Assembly: GCF_000002075.1 (NCBI RefSeq)
Contig: NW_004797723.1
Coordinates: forward strand, 67,508-129,398
Origin: Aplysia californica
Lineage: Eukaryota
Length of the DNA: 61,891 nt
Direction: 5' to 3'
In this document: positions 26,901 through 37,800 of the stretch, in pieces
How positions within the stretch are numbered: the first letter of the stretch is position 1
How the letters are laid out: every line of letters starts with the position of its first letter
Position numbers and translations under genes: made by a program
Notes under the pieces: generated by a model
Told to the model about the DNA's origin: nothing
Databases searched by the model: none
What the model saw: only the letters and a program-made list of their open reading frames with translations

Positions 26901-27352
26901 TCGCGCTACTCCTCTCTCTCTTTCTCTCTCTCTCTCCACTGCCCACAGACAAAATTGTACGCTTTTAGTTTTTAGTAAGCTACAGTTGTAATGGAACGTT
27001 TGTTCACGGCACAGAATTCTACAATTTTTCTGTTATCACAGTGTAGAATTCTGTGGTTTAGGGTGAACGCAAAATTTGGTGAACGCGCACCGGGTTAGAA
27101 TAGCCACAAGACTCGCCTGCACTATTCTCACTCCGGGTGAGAATAGAGGTGGCCTACGACAACGTCGATTTCAAGGATCATCGTCCTTCACTATTCGATA
27201 GGTGGCAAGTCATAAAAATAGTGTTATAACTACCTGAATATTTTGAGTTTGGGGTTGAAGGACTTTGCTTTCGACTTCTGTTTGCCTTCTGCAAATTTTT
27301 TAAATTTTACCCCAAGCTCTTCTTGCACAGCAGATCCCGTTTTATCTTCCAT
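16640..27352 (-). CDS. TRMT1L: TRMT1-like tRNA (guanine-N2,N2)-dimethyltransferase family protein (551 aa), divergent active-site motif
   Basis: Exons (-): 27352-27234, 24869-24721, 24420-24180, 23708-23499, 21147-20957, 19969-19891, 18850-18320, 16775-16640; total 1656 nt, phase-consistent. Motifs matching TRMT1L: [86 protein letters not shown]. Orthologue versus paralogue status is not determined. Confidence 0.88.
16836..17094. mobile_element. MITE with AATTGGTCGCTTT termini
   Basis: TIR AATTGGTCGCTTTT / AAAAGCGACCAATT; an inverted homologous copy lies at 27672-27940. Confidence 0.75.
17190..17632. mobile_element. MITE with TATGTG...CACATA termini
   Basis: About 38-bp imperfect TIR (CGTGGTGAAATCAGGTGCTCGTCAA / TTGACGAGCGCTTGATTTCACCA); related to 59987-60427. 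Confidence 0.7.
22380..23369. mobile_element. Two adjacent Tc1/mariner (pogo/Tigger-like) MITEs
   Basis: TA-CAGTCAAACCTG...CAGGTTCGACTG-TA (22380-23200) and CAGTCAAAACTG...CAGGTTTGACTG (23218-23369), with repeated AGGTGGCCG subterminal motifs. Confidence 0.75.
26639..27164. mobile_element. Possible Helentron-associated (HINE/DINE-1-like) element
   Basis: Subterminal inverted repeat GTGGCTATTCTCACCCG / CGGGTTAGAATAGCCAC, internal (CT)n tracts, 3' hairpin CTATTCTCAC-TCCGG-GTGAGAATAG, and a TACGACAACG direct repeat at both ends. Confidence 0.45.
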
Positions 27353-27501
27353 GTTGATTTATTCAGCAATTTTGTTGTGGTGATATAGGATAGTTTACAG
27401 CAGTTCAAAAATAAACATCTATTATTTACTATGGAAACGTGTTCACACATAATTCAAAATTACGCGTATTCGCTTGATTTAAAAGCCACCCACCCAACCA
27501 T

Positions 27502-27502
<1 letters not shown>

Positions 27503-27586
<84 letters not shown>
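27503..27586. repeat. (CA)n microsatellite
   Basis: Uninterrupted CA repeat of about 84 bp. Confidence 0.95.
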
Positions 27587-27590
<4 letters not shown>

Positions 27591-27671
27591 GGTGGGGAAT
27601 AGGGCAGAAACCAAAGGTCTCTCAAGTCTCTGTTCTGAAGCACATTAGGCCTTAGGAGTCTAATAATTGGC

Positions 27672-27940
27672 AATTGGTCGCTTTAAGGACAAACGGGCGA
27701 ACCCAGATTTCGGAGGTTTCCAGAAATCTTGACCTACGGTACACCAAAAGTGGGCATTGCCCTAGGCCTTCCTATAGAATAAGTTTGGTTTCATTAGTGT
27801 GTATATTTGTTTGGTTATAGAGAGAAAACTCTCCTTGTCTTTTAAAGAAACTGAATAAGAAGGGTCCAACAACTTTACCTTCGATTTTCTCAAAACAGAA
27901 CTTTTCGGGATAGCCCCATTGTGCTTAAAAGCGACCAATT
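27672..27940. mobile_element. MITE, same family as 16836-17094
   Basis: Same TIRs and inverted internal homology. Confidence 0.75.
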
Positions 27941-30900
27941 ATAGCAAGTGTATTCTAATGCTTTGAATATCTGCACAAAACAAACGTTCTATTAGCTCTA
28001 AAAATAGGGCAGAAATAATACTAAGTGACCATAGCCACCCACTGACATTAGAATTTCAATTATCGACCCGCAATAAACGATATAATCTAGGCATACAGCC
28101 TACATTTATTTCCAAAAAAGCAANNNNNNNNNNNNNNNNNNNNNNNNNNNNNNNNNNNNNNNNNNNNNNNNNNNNNNNNNNNNNNNNNNNNNNNNNNNNN
28201 NNNNNNNNNNNNNNNNNNNNNNNNNNNNNNNNNNNNNNNNNNNNNNNNNNNNNNNNNNNNNNNNNNNNNNNNNNNNNNNNNNNNNNNNNNNNNNNNNNNN
28301 NNNNNNNNNNNNNNNNNNCTGCAGTGGGGTTACTGAACACACNNNNNNNNNNNNNNNNNNNNNNNNNNNNNNNNNNNNNNNNNNNNNNNNNNNNNNNNNN
28401 NNNNNNNNNNNNNNNNNNNNNNNNNNNNNNNNNNNNNNNNNNNNNNNNNNNNNNNNNNNNNNNNNNNNNNNNNNNCAGCACGTGAAACATGCATTTACTA
28501 CATGATATCCTGTCTTGTGCGTATGCGTGAGTGCACCTAACCGTTGTAACACCCACTTCCATTGTAAACGCCCAAGACAAATTTCTCCCTGCGATATGAA
28601 TAAAGATTGTCATTGTCGTTCTTTATTGTCATTTCCAGTTTCCTTTAAAATAATTGTTCTTGCATTCTGTTAGGTAAAGGGCTACCTCGAACTTCCTGGT
28701 ATTCTCTTGATTTCCAAACCCGTGTTTCAGAAAGAAGAGCGTGTCTGCATATTTGTAGACTTAGGACCTACTTGGTATGCATTTCAGATAAGAGTTAAAA
28801 TGGGGGGGGGGGGGTCATTCGCTAATAATGTGTTGCCTGCTATTATTAACATTGCACTACACTAGACAAGAACAAACCACCCTCGCGCCAAACAGCCCAC
28901 ACGTGTTCTCGGTGAAATTATGCACAAGTGACAATTAGAGCTTCGGGTGACAAGCCCAGGTTGGTCTTTTTTCCTAAGGTAACAACATGTCGGCAGCCAA
29001 GCGCAAGAAGTGACTAGATCTAGATCTATATATATATCCACTTTTCACAGTTTCGAGAAAAACGAGTTTGAAATTTGGACGATTTTGAAATCTCTATAAA
29101 TAGATCTAGTATACAATTTAAAAAAAAAAAAGAAACGGTAATAACTGGATACCGTTAAGCTACGGCTTGACCTAGATATTTAAACTACAGAGCCAAAAGA
29201 GCGGTTTAAAATCTCACTACATGTACCAATATTACAAATATCGATTTCTACATTTGACTAAAAGTGGATATTATACTTATAGTCACTCCTTGCGCTGAGC
29301 CATCGATGTGTTCCAACAAAAGAAAAAACTTGTTGTCTAGAGCAGTAAGATATTTCTTTTTAGCAAAATAAACAATTTAAGAGAAAAAAATCCCGCGGTA
29401 CAGCTGAAGATACCCTTGCATTGCATGCTCTTCTTGTTTCTCGTTTAAACACGGCTAACAACATTACATGTATACTGGGTTAAAACAAATCTTGAGTCCC
29501 CCAAGGGAGTTCGGAGTATGTACTGTTGTAGGCTTACTTCATTCAAGGTGTACATACATCTTATGAAGGTTATGTTGTGGACAATAGCACGGGTGGCTGG
29601 TGAGCGTTGTGATGTGGTTTGCTTCTTCTTCTATCACTTATTACATGTACTTTCGTCCTTTTCAACCCTCCTTTTTCACGTTTGTTACTCTCTTATAATA
29701 CATGTATAAACTCTTAGTCTTTTACATCCGGCATATCACCTGAAGTGTTGCACGTGCAGTAAAACCTCTATCAAACCAAACCAACTAACTGGGGTCTCAG
29801 CATCATACTGAAAGAAGTGAAAGGGTTACTTATGTTACAGAATGTTCCCATCCCTATCATTCATATACCGAGTTTGAGATGAGCCAGAGAATAGATGGGT
29901 GGTTGGCTGCAGGTGTTCTGGTGCAGTCTGCTCCCTCTTTCCTTTAACTTAAAAAAATATATCGTCCTTTTTTGTGTTTGTAGCTCTCTTGCAGCACCTC
30001 TAATCTTCGGCAGTAATGACTTAATTGTGTTGCAAGTGCCCTGAAAAGCTTACTAAGACTAAAGGATGGAGCTAATTCTGTTAATTCTCCCAAGTCTATG
30101 AGAAAAGGGATGAGCACATGGGTTACCACAACCATATGAAAAGAAGTCGGTCCGGTAGGTGGAATGGAAGAAGGGGAGTAGAAGATAGTTTCTGGGAACA
30201 TGCTTTAGTATATATTGAAGTAGGGCTATGACACTGACGGGTGAACATCAACGTAAGCAGAATCCAAAATCTTATCTTTAAAATAAAAAGGGGGGGGGGT
30301 CTTATACCTATAGATTAGTTAAGAAGAAAAAATGGCTGATTTAAAAAACAAAACCAACGAATGCATTATACTATACAGTATGCCACATGACAAAGGCCTG
30401 CTTCAGGTTCAGTGATTTAACATGTTTTCAAGTCCATGAAAATCAGCAGGCCTGCAATTTTACAGAGCTTCAAGTTCAAGAATCAGAGGTAATACTAATG
30501 GCAATGGGCAAGGTCACATTTGGTCTGTGGCCATGCTGTTTTTTTCACTTCTATTGCAGCCACCTTACATCCTTTTCTGGCGATGATATATTTGAATTGA
30601 ATATTTCGGAACAGGGGGGATTCAATCATTAGTTATTATTATTAAATAAGCCTAGCAATTATCACAGTTTGAGTTTGTTAGAATAAAAAAGAAGCACATC
30701 AAAACAATAACGGTTACTTACAGCAAGACAAAAAGACAGAAAGAACAGGTGGAAAGAAAAGTAGAACCTACACTGTACCAGTATGGCACCCTCCAACCAC
30801 CCACACAATCATTAGAAAGAAACCTAAACGGGTAAGCAGTAAAGATTGTATACAATGAAGGCCATTCATATCGAGATACCTTGAAAAGTTTTCACTTTCA

Positions 30901-31228
30901 GATGGCATATTTTTGTAATTTAAGTTTAAGTTCACAGAAACACAGTTGCATTTCGAATTCAATTGACACCAAACATGATTTTCGAGGTACCAAAAACCAT
31001 CAAGTCAGTGGTTTTTCCCTATTAATAATGTTTCCATTGTCTGAGACGGGGGTGCTCATAAAGTCTTCAATACAAATATACAATAGACACCCCTAAAATG
31101 GGACCCAACTTCAAATTGGGCACACATTATGTCAATACTCGCAAAGTTCTTGAATCTAAATTTTTTGGCGGGCTTTCTCTTATGACCTCAAAAAACTACT
31201 TCTGAGAACCCCCTAATATTGCAGAAAC

Positions 31229-33010
31229 AAGTAGTCGTTTCCACCTAAGATCCCACCGCTTACGAAACAAAAATGACTGTCACGTCGCCGGCTATGGAAG
31301 ACTTGCCCAGCCGGTGAAGCCGGAGGGTGGCCCACGGACGAGTTCAAGTAGTCGGAAATTTCGGCAGGAGCCGGAAAACTTTCACCCCTGGATCCCAGTT
31401 CGCTTACGTTCCCAGCTCGCTTAAGATCCCGCTGTTTTAAGAAAACTTAATTTTTACTATACAAAAGTCACCCCTAAGATCCCGCTCTGATTCACTCTAA
31501 ACTCTAAGATCCCGCATTTCACATCACAATTTGCGGAACAAAAACGCGTGTGGGCACAGCCAATCAACCAAGAGTGAAAGGTTGAGATCAATAAACTGTC
31601 CGTCACGTCAAAGATCAGCCACTATCGCGAATGCGATCACATACACATTGTAAAACTAGATGAAGCGATATAATGTTTGCCCCAGACGGGATCACACTGG
31701 GATGTGAACTGACCGACACTTTTGTTTTCCCCGTGCATCACACTCACACCTGAGCTCTCCCCCTAAACTTACATCACTCGCTGGGTGGGTAGGGCCTACA
31801 CGTTCGCCCCAGGCCGGATCACATCGAATCGTGAACTCTTCAGTTGTCTCTACTCCCGAATTAGCGAGACAGACTGAATTTTCATTGGTGTGTTCACAAT
31901 GTAATGGTGTGTAACGGCAAAGGTGGTTGNNNNNNNNNNNNNNNNNNNNNNNNNNNNNNNNNNNNNNNNNNNNNNNNNNNNNNNNNNNNNNNNNNNNNNN
32001 NNNNNNNNNNNNNNNNNNNNNNNNNNNNNGAGAGAGAGAGAGAGAGAAAGAGAGTCTACGAATAATATAATAATGTTACCCCCCCTTCTTAATGTGGATT
32101 GAATGAGATTATAACAGTGGGGCGGTCGCCTGTGGTTTTACCGTTGTGAGACTTTCAGAATGTCCAGTGGCCCGAGTAATAGAAACCACACACGTATCAC
32201 AAAGGGAGCTGTACTTTCGCAGATTCTGAAGAGAAAAGCGGATATTTTCACGTTTGACCTACCAACATATCTTTGAAAAGAGTTGAAAAGCCAGTGCGTT
32301 GTACCACAAGGAAAGGGGAAATGCTCAGATTGATTGAAAGTAAATGAAAGGGGTCGTGTCCTGTTTAGCATGTTTACAAGAGGTCAAATCATTTACGGTT
32401 TTTGGGAACGGGGAGAAGAAGGAGACAGAAGATTAATGTGGCTTTCTTTCTGAGGAGTCTGTGTCACTTTCCTTCGCTTGTTGACATCTGATTCAAGACG
32501 CCTGCGATTGTGTGGAGTGTAGTGGCACTTGACGCTGATAGAATACCGCACTCGTATAATGTTATGATGAAGGACGATCTGTAACAACGTTCTGACTGTA
32601 AACAGCGTGTATGTAGGTCATGGGTTCTTGGTTGTTTGGGGGGGGGAGATCTCGGTCAGAGATGGAAAGCTATACATTTTCGACAGGTAAAGGGGAGGAG
32701 CAACTGGATAAGCGTTGATCTTGAGACTCATGGATAGGATCATAAGTGAAAATGGCACGCCTCATGCCACAATGCACTGTGATAGGTCATCAAGGTTAAC
32801 CACTCCTTGCTGGCCATATGCCATAAACCCACCAAGGGGTCACATCAGTTCATTTTAGTTTTTGAGTGGAGGGAGACCATTTTACCGATTGTGAGCCTTA
32901 ACATGGGTCACCATAGATTCTTCCCTGGGTTCGTCGGTTAAGATCCCGGTTCGCCCAAGATCCTGCATTTCCTTGTTCCTGAGCACCGGGATCTTAGGCG
33001 GAGACTACTG
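31229..33010. mobile_element. About 1.8 kb non-autonomous Tc1/mariner-like TIR element
   Basis: Ends AGTAGTCGTTTCCACCTAAGATCCC / GGGATCTTAGGCGGAGACTACTG with repeated TAAGATCCC subterminal motifs; no transposase ORF. Confidence 0.7.
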
Positions 33011-34093
33011 CACAACAAAGATTATTAAGTCACTTCAGAAACCATCAAATCAACTTGCAAAAGCCTAAAACGAGAACAAGTCAGATCAAACTCCGAGATC
33101 CAGTTTAACTGTTATATTTGATTTTGCAAGATCATGCCACAGACAAATCTATGTCAAATGTACCGGGAAGCAAAAATAATTTATTCCAAAAAAACTTTTG
33201 GGGAAATGTTTCTCTTACTCTTACAACAGTAGAACAAATCTGCACCTCCAGCGCGTTTGGTTCAAAGACATGTTCAGCTTTAACTTAAACAGTCACCACA
33301 ATGTTACCTCATGTCAAAGTATCGAGGTACTTGTCAGAAAAAAACTATATCAGTCAACTATCCGATTCGTTTACCAAATCATCACACAGAAACCTACTCA
33401 AAAGGAAATCCTGGAACAGTTGCACTTGCTTTTGCCTACATTGTAAAAGTTTCTAAGGCAATTCTGACATAATCTTAAACAGGTAGTACATGCCTCCAAA
33501 ATAACCATTATTGTGTTGAAATAGGGGCATAAATAAGACTCAATTCAGGTTGAATACAGAAAGCATTGGTATGGGTGCCGCTACTCACAAAGTGAACTTG
33601 GCTGCCACTGAATTGATCAAAACAACAACCATGAACAAAATTAAAAAAGAAGGAGAAATTGTAGTTGTGAACAATTTATTATTAAAAGCAACAACAGAAT
33701 CCTCAATCAAGAGGACTTCGTCACAAGAAGTCACATTCAAAGTTAAAAAAAATAAAATCAAGCACCAAATTAGGACGTGTCAGGTTTACAACTTTACTTT
33801 TAATAAACAAAATAAAACATGCAAGTACCTCCCTCACTCTTGGGTGCCTCCCACTTAAAATATATCTGTCTGCAAGAAATGATGATGAAAACCTGTGAGT
33901 CCGATTTCTTAAAAGTAAAAGGGTACCATGCTAAAAAAAAACATGTTTTCAATAAATCTAAAAGAGAGGTAGGCCTACTACTATTTGTCCAGGGAGAAAT
34001 TTTCCTTTAGATGAGCAGTAAACCCTGAATTCACACAACCTAATTTGGCACTTTACAATGAAACACATTCACTCCCTTCCTAATTGACACACC

Positions 34094-34610
34094 ATCTGCT
34101 TCTCGTGAACATACATAGAAAATGTATTTACAACAATTGATTTTTTCCCCCAGTTTTGTGCCATTAAAATGGTAACAAAATGACACTGAATGTTTCAACA
34201 GAAAAAATTTTGGTGACTGTATCTGTTCTTACAGCCAAACCAAAAAAATCGCTTCTTTTCCGTGGACCAAAAGTGTAGTATCGGGCCCTAAACCAGAACA
34301 TGACTAAAGACCAAATGTGCAGTACCCTCATTCTTGTGTGTAGTATCCGAGCTTATGAAAAGCATTATTCAAAATGCTAGGCAAAATTTATGCCTTACAG
34401 TGTAGCATCTGAACCTTCGAATGAAGTACCTGAACTTATCAGCACAAATAAACAAACTGATACATGGCCTCAATAGCAAAGTTGAGAGGTCTCGCATTAG
34501 AGCCGATTACTGCAGTCCCACACTGAAAAACAAAATAAGATTGTCTGTGACTTAAGTGTAAAATCAGAACGACAGTGCGTCGCTTATGTCTACAGTCTTG
34601 AATACTTACC
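34094..34610 (-). promoter_or_regulatory. Putative SNRPA1 3'-UTR element: U1 snRNA-complementary site plus array of U2 snRNA-complementary sites
   Basis: The + strand matches U2 snRNA, so the mRNA is antisense to it. Matches: GTATCTGTTCTTA 34219-34231, ATCGCTTCT 34248-34256, AAGTGTAGTATC 34271-34282, GTGTAGTATC 34338-34347, AGTGTAGcATCTG 34399-34411, AGTAcCTGaaCTTATCAG 34425-34442, GCTTCTCG 34098-34105. ATACTTACC (U1 nt 1-9) is at 34602-34610. The function is inferred. Confidence 0.7.
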
Positions 34611-34841
34611 AAGTCAAAGTCAGACTGTTCGATAAATTGTATAAAATGAAACCATGAAGATATTGCATTAATCTTAACCATGAACTTAAAAGCCATCAGA
34701 TTCAGTGAGAGCACTATTAATTGAAATGGGAAAACCAAAATCACTTTAAAAAACAATCATTTGTTCTCAAGACACGAATGAAATTTTTTACGTTTCATTT
34801 CTAAGAGATGACACTTTTTTTTTTACTCATTACAAAAATTA

Positions 34842-37800
34842 CTAGTCCTCTTCCATATCATCATTGTCATCATTGTCATCATCATCATCATTATCTTCTT
34901 CCTGATAACCAGATGCCTGATTGCCTTCATCTTCATCTTCGTCCCCTCCTTCTGGCTCCATTTCTTCTTCCTCTTCGGCCTGATTTCCTTCTTCTTCTTC
35001 TTCTTCTTCCTCCTCCTCCTCTTCTTCCTCTGCACTCTCTTTTGGCTCTGAAAAGACAAACAGCAAAGAGAAAACAATACATAAAACATGTTTCTCCTTT
35101 GAAGAAAAGTGGAATTGACACATCTCCCTATCACAACCGCTTGCAAAGACAAATTCTGCAGCGCACAATACACAGAGGAAGACATTAATGGTCATTTAGT
35201 GCAGGAAAAGAGTAAGACAAGACAGCAGACAGACAGAAACAAAAGATGGAACAAAACAAATAGGAATGCAGGAAGGGAGAAGCAAAGACAAGCAAAGAAG
35301 AGGTGGGAGGACAACATACCAGAGGGGGCAGGCCTGTATTTCAAATATATGGCCTTAAACTCCTTTTCATTTAAAAGTTAACATAACAAGACCTTTAAAA
35401 TCTGGAATGTCAGACAAACGTAATCATATAAAATATTTCAAACGCTGTGACTTTAAAAAAAACCCAAAACCAAGAGAATATCTGCTTTGAGTTGAGCTTA
35501 ATCAAGCCAGCACAATGAAAAAACCATTCTTGTTATGCTCTTACTAACGCTCTGCCAATTTGCATACATACTAAATCCTCAGTGATAGACAAAGTTAGGC
35601 AGAAANNNNNNNNNNNNNNNNNNNNNNNNNNNNNNNNNNNNNNNNNNNNNNNNNNNNNNNNNNNNNNNNNNNNNNNNNNNNNNNNNNNNNNNNNNNNNNN
35701 NNNNNACAACAACAACAACAAACAAACCTTGCCATGGGTGAAAAATACTACTTTCATAAGAGACGAATACAGTTCATTGTGTGTCATACAGTCATGTACT
35801 TACTTGACCCTCAGAGTCCTTGCAGATACCATAAGATCACCTACCGGTAATCCCAAGTCTTACAGAAGAGAATTGTGTTGCTTATGTTGCTCCCCGCATG
35901 AGAAACACCTCGTTTCAAATGCATTGAGAGTGGGCTCAAAATAAGCAGAAGTTTAGTGACACAAAACTCACCCACAGATACACAAACACACGCACATACA
36001 ACCAAACAAATAGAACTGGTTGGGTGATCACAGCACAAATATATTTCAGTATTTGGTTTTTCTCTTTGTTAACAATCCGTATGAAGATAAAAACAAAACA
36101 AAGCTGCCATTCCAGAGGGCAGTGAAGGAAGTTGTTTTCTCATAAAAGCCTAATGTGACTCAAGAGATAATGAGATTATTTCTCCTTTCGATAGTCTTAT
36201 CACAGGTGCACAGAATAAGTTTTATATTTTGCTTTGTACTTGTATACGCTCTTCCTTTTGTTTGTTCACTTTTAAGAAATGAAAAGTTGTGTAAATAGTA
36301 GCTCTATCATTGCCAGGGTCCAATGCCACAAAAGTACACATTCCAATTCAAATGAAACCTAGTGGGTAGGCCAACAATCATTATTCATGTTTGTATTAGG
36401 AAATAATTTGATCACAGAGGAGTCAACTACCATTACATAAAACAGAATTGCACGAGAAAAAGAAAGACAATCCATGAAAATGCTGGATAAAATTGAATCC
36501 AATGAAAAAGCGTCTGAAGTAAGTCACAAATATTAGACAATTGATTTTTAGGACCTGTCTTTTGAAGGACAAGAACTGCACACAACACTAAATACTGACA
36601 GACACAATTGATTTTGCTAATTTAGTAGTTCCCTGGCAAGTAGACTAATGCATACAAAACTAATCTTAATTCTTATTTCACTCTTAGAATTATTCATGTT
36701 GCCAACACAGAAATGCGGTTAACCTTTATAATGAAAATAAATGTAATAATAACACATTACCTGAACATAGTAAAGACAATGTGAAAGACGTACATCATCA
36801 ATTTTTTTAAAGTCGTGTACTGTATGCCAGAGTGTCCAATATTTGAAACACATGAACATATATGTGAATCTCATCTACAATTTCATACCATACCCAAAAA
36901 TCAATATACCACAAGTAAAGCAAACATCTAATAATAATTAAATAATAATAATAATAATAAAATAAAATAAAATGATACATTTTTCTCCTCAACCTACATA
37001 TATGCCAGTAAAACTTATAAGACCATTCAGTTTTGTTAAAAAGCATCATCAATGATACACTTAGTATGTATTCCTCACCTTTTGCCCCCGTTGATTTACT
37101 TGGAGCATCACCCTGCCCTGGAATCTGTCCTGACTGCAGCATTTGATGAATTTTCTCATACTCCTCCAAAGATTTTGCACCCAAAATAGCTTTCTGTAAC
37201 AACAACATTGCAAAAACGGTTTAGAAAAAGCATTTATTTTTCCATTCTCGAACAAAAGGCACAAATAAACACTTTCACAGAAGAACACCACAGTCTTTAC
37301 CACCTACGCAATTCTACTACGGAAAAACAAAGTATTCATTTCCTTGTACAGCGAAAACAAGATGAACAAAATTTTTGAAAATTGAGAATTTCAGCAAGAG
37401 CAGAAGAGCCCATATCTCTCAGTCGGCTCTCAAAATTGAATTTGTCCCCACACACTCCAGTGCGCGAAGAGGAAGCTCATCCATGCTTAATATATTCTGT
37501 TCACCTTTGGTCATACTGGAAACTGACTACTTTTGCGAAAATATGATTAAGAAAAATACCTTTTTAAAATTTTAAAAACAAAAAAGATGGTGCAGACGTT
37601 AGCTGTCTAAGATCCTTTTAAAAGTCTTTTTCTCATTCTTACATTTATGTCACAACCAGAACCAGACTTGTTCATCAACAATGGCTATATATTTATATAC
37701 ACATATGAGAATTACCCTGATTGCAGCTGCTTCCTGCTTCGTTGGACCAGTGGTTGCAACTCGTTGTGTCTGTAGATTTTCTCCTGGAGTGAAAGTTTTG

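Noticed and set aside
34219-34442. Target-site remnants of U2-specific retrotransposons (Utopia/Keno)
   Set aside because: There is no retroelement sequence between the blocks, and several blocks run uninterrupted across the approximate insertion region. Not formally excluded.
34094-34565. Functional U2 snRNA gene, or C/D-box scaRNA guides for U2
   Set aside because: The matches are short, repeated and non-collinear, with no complete U2 3' half. On the mRNA strand the antisense blocks are not followed by CUGA D/D' boxes.
35048-35155. In-frame upstream alternative acceptor extending the SNRPA1 last exon by 36 aa
   Set aside because: The added sequence looks like a translated polypyrimidine tract, and there is no support without transcripts.
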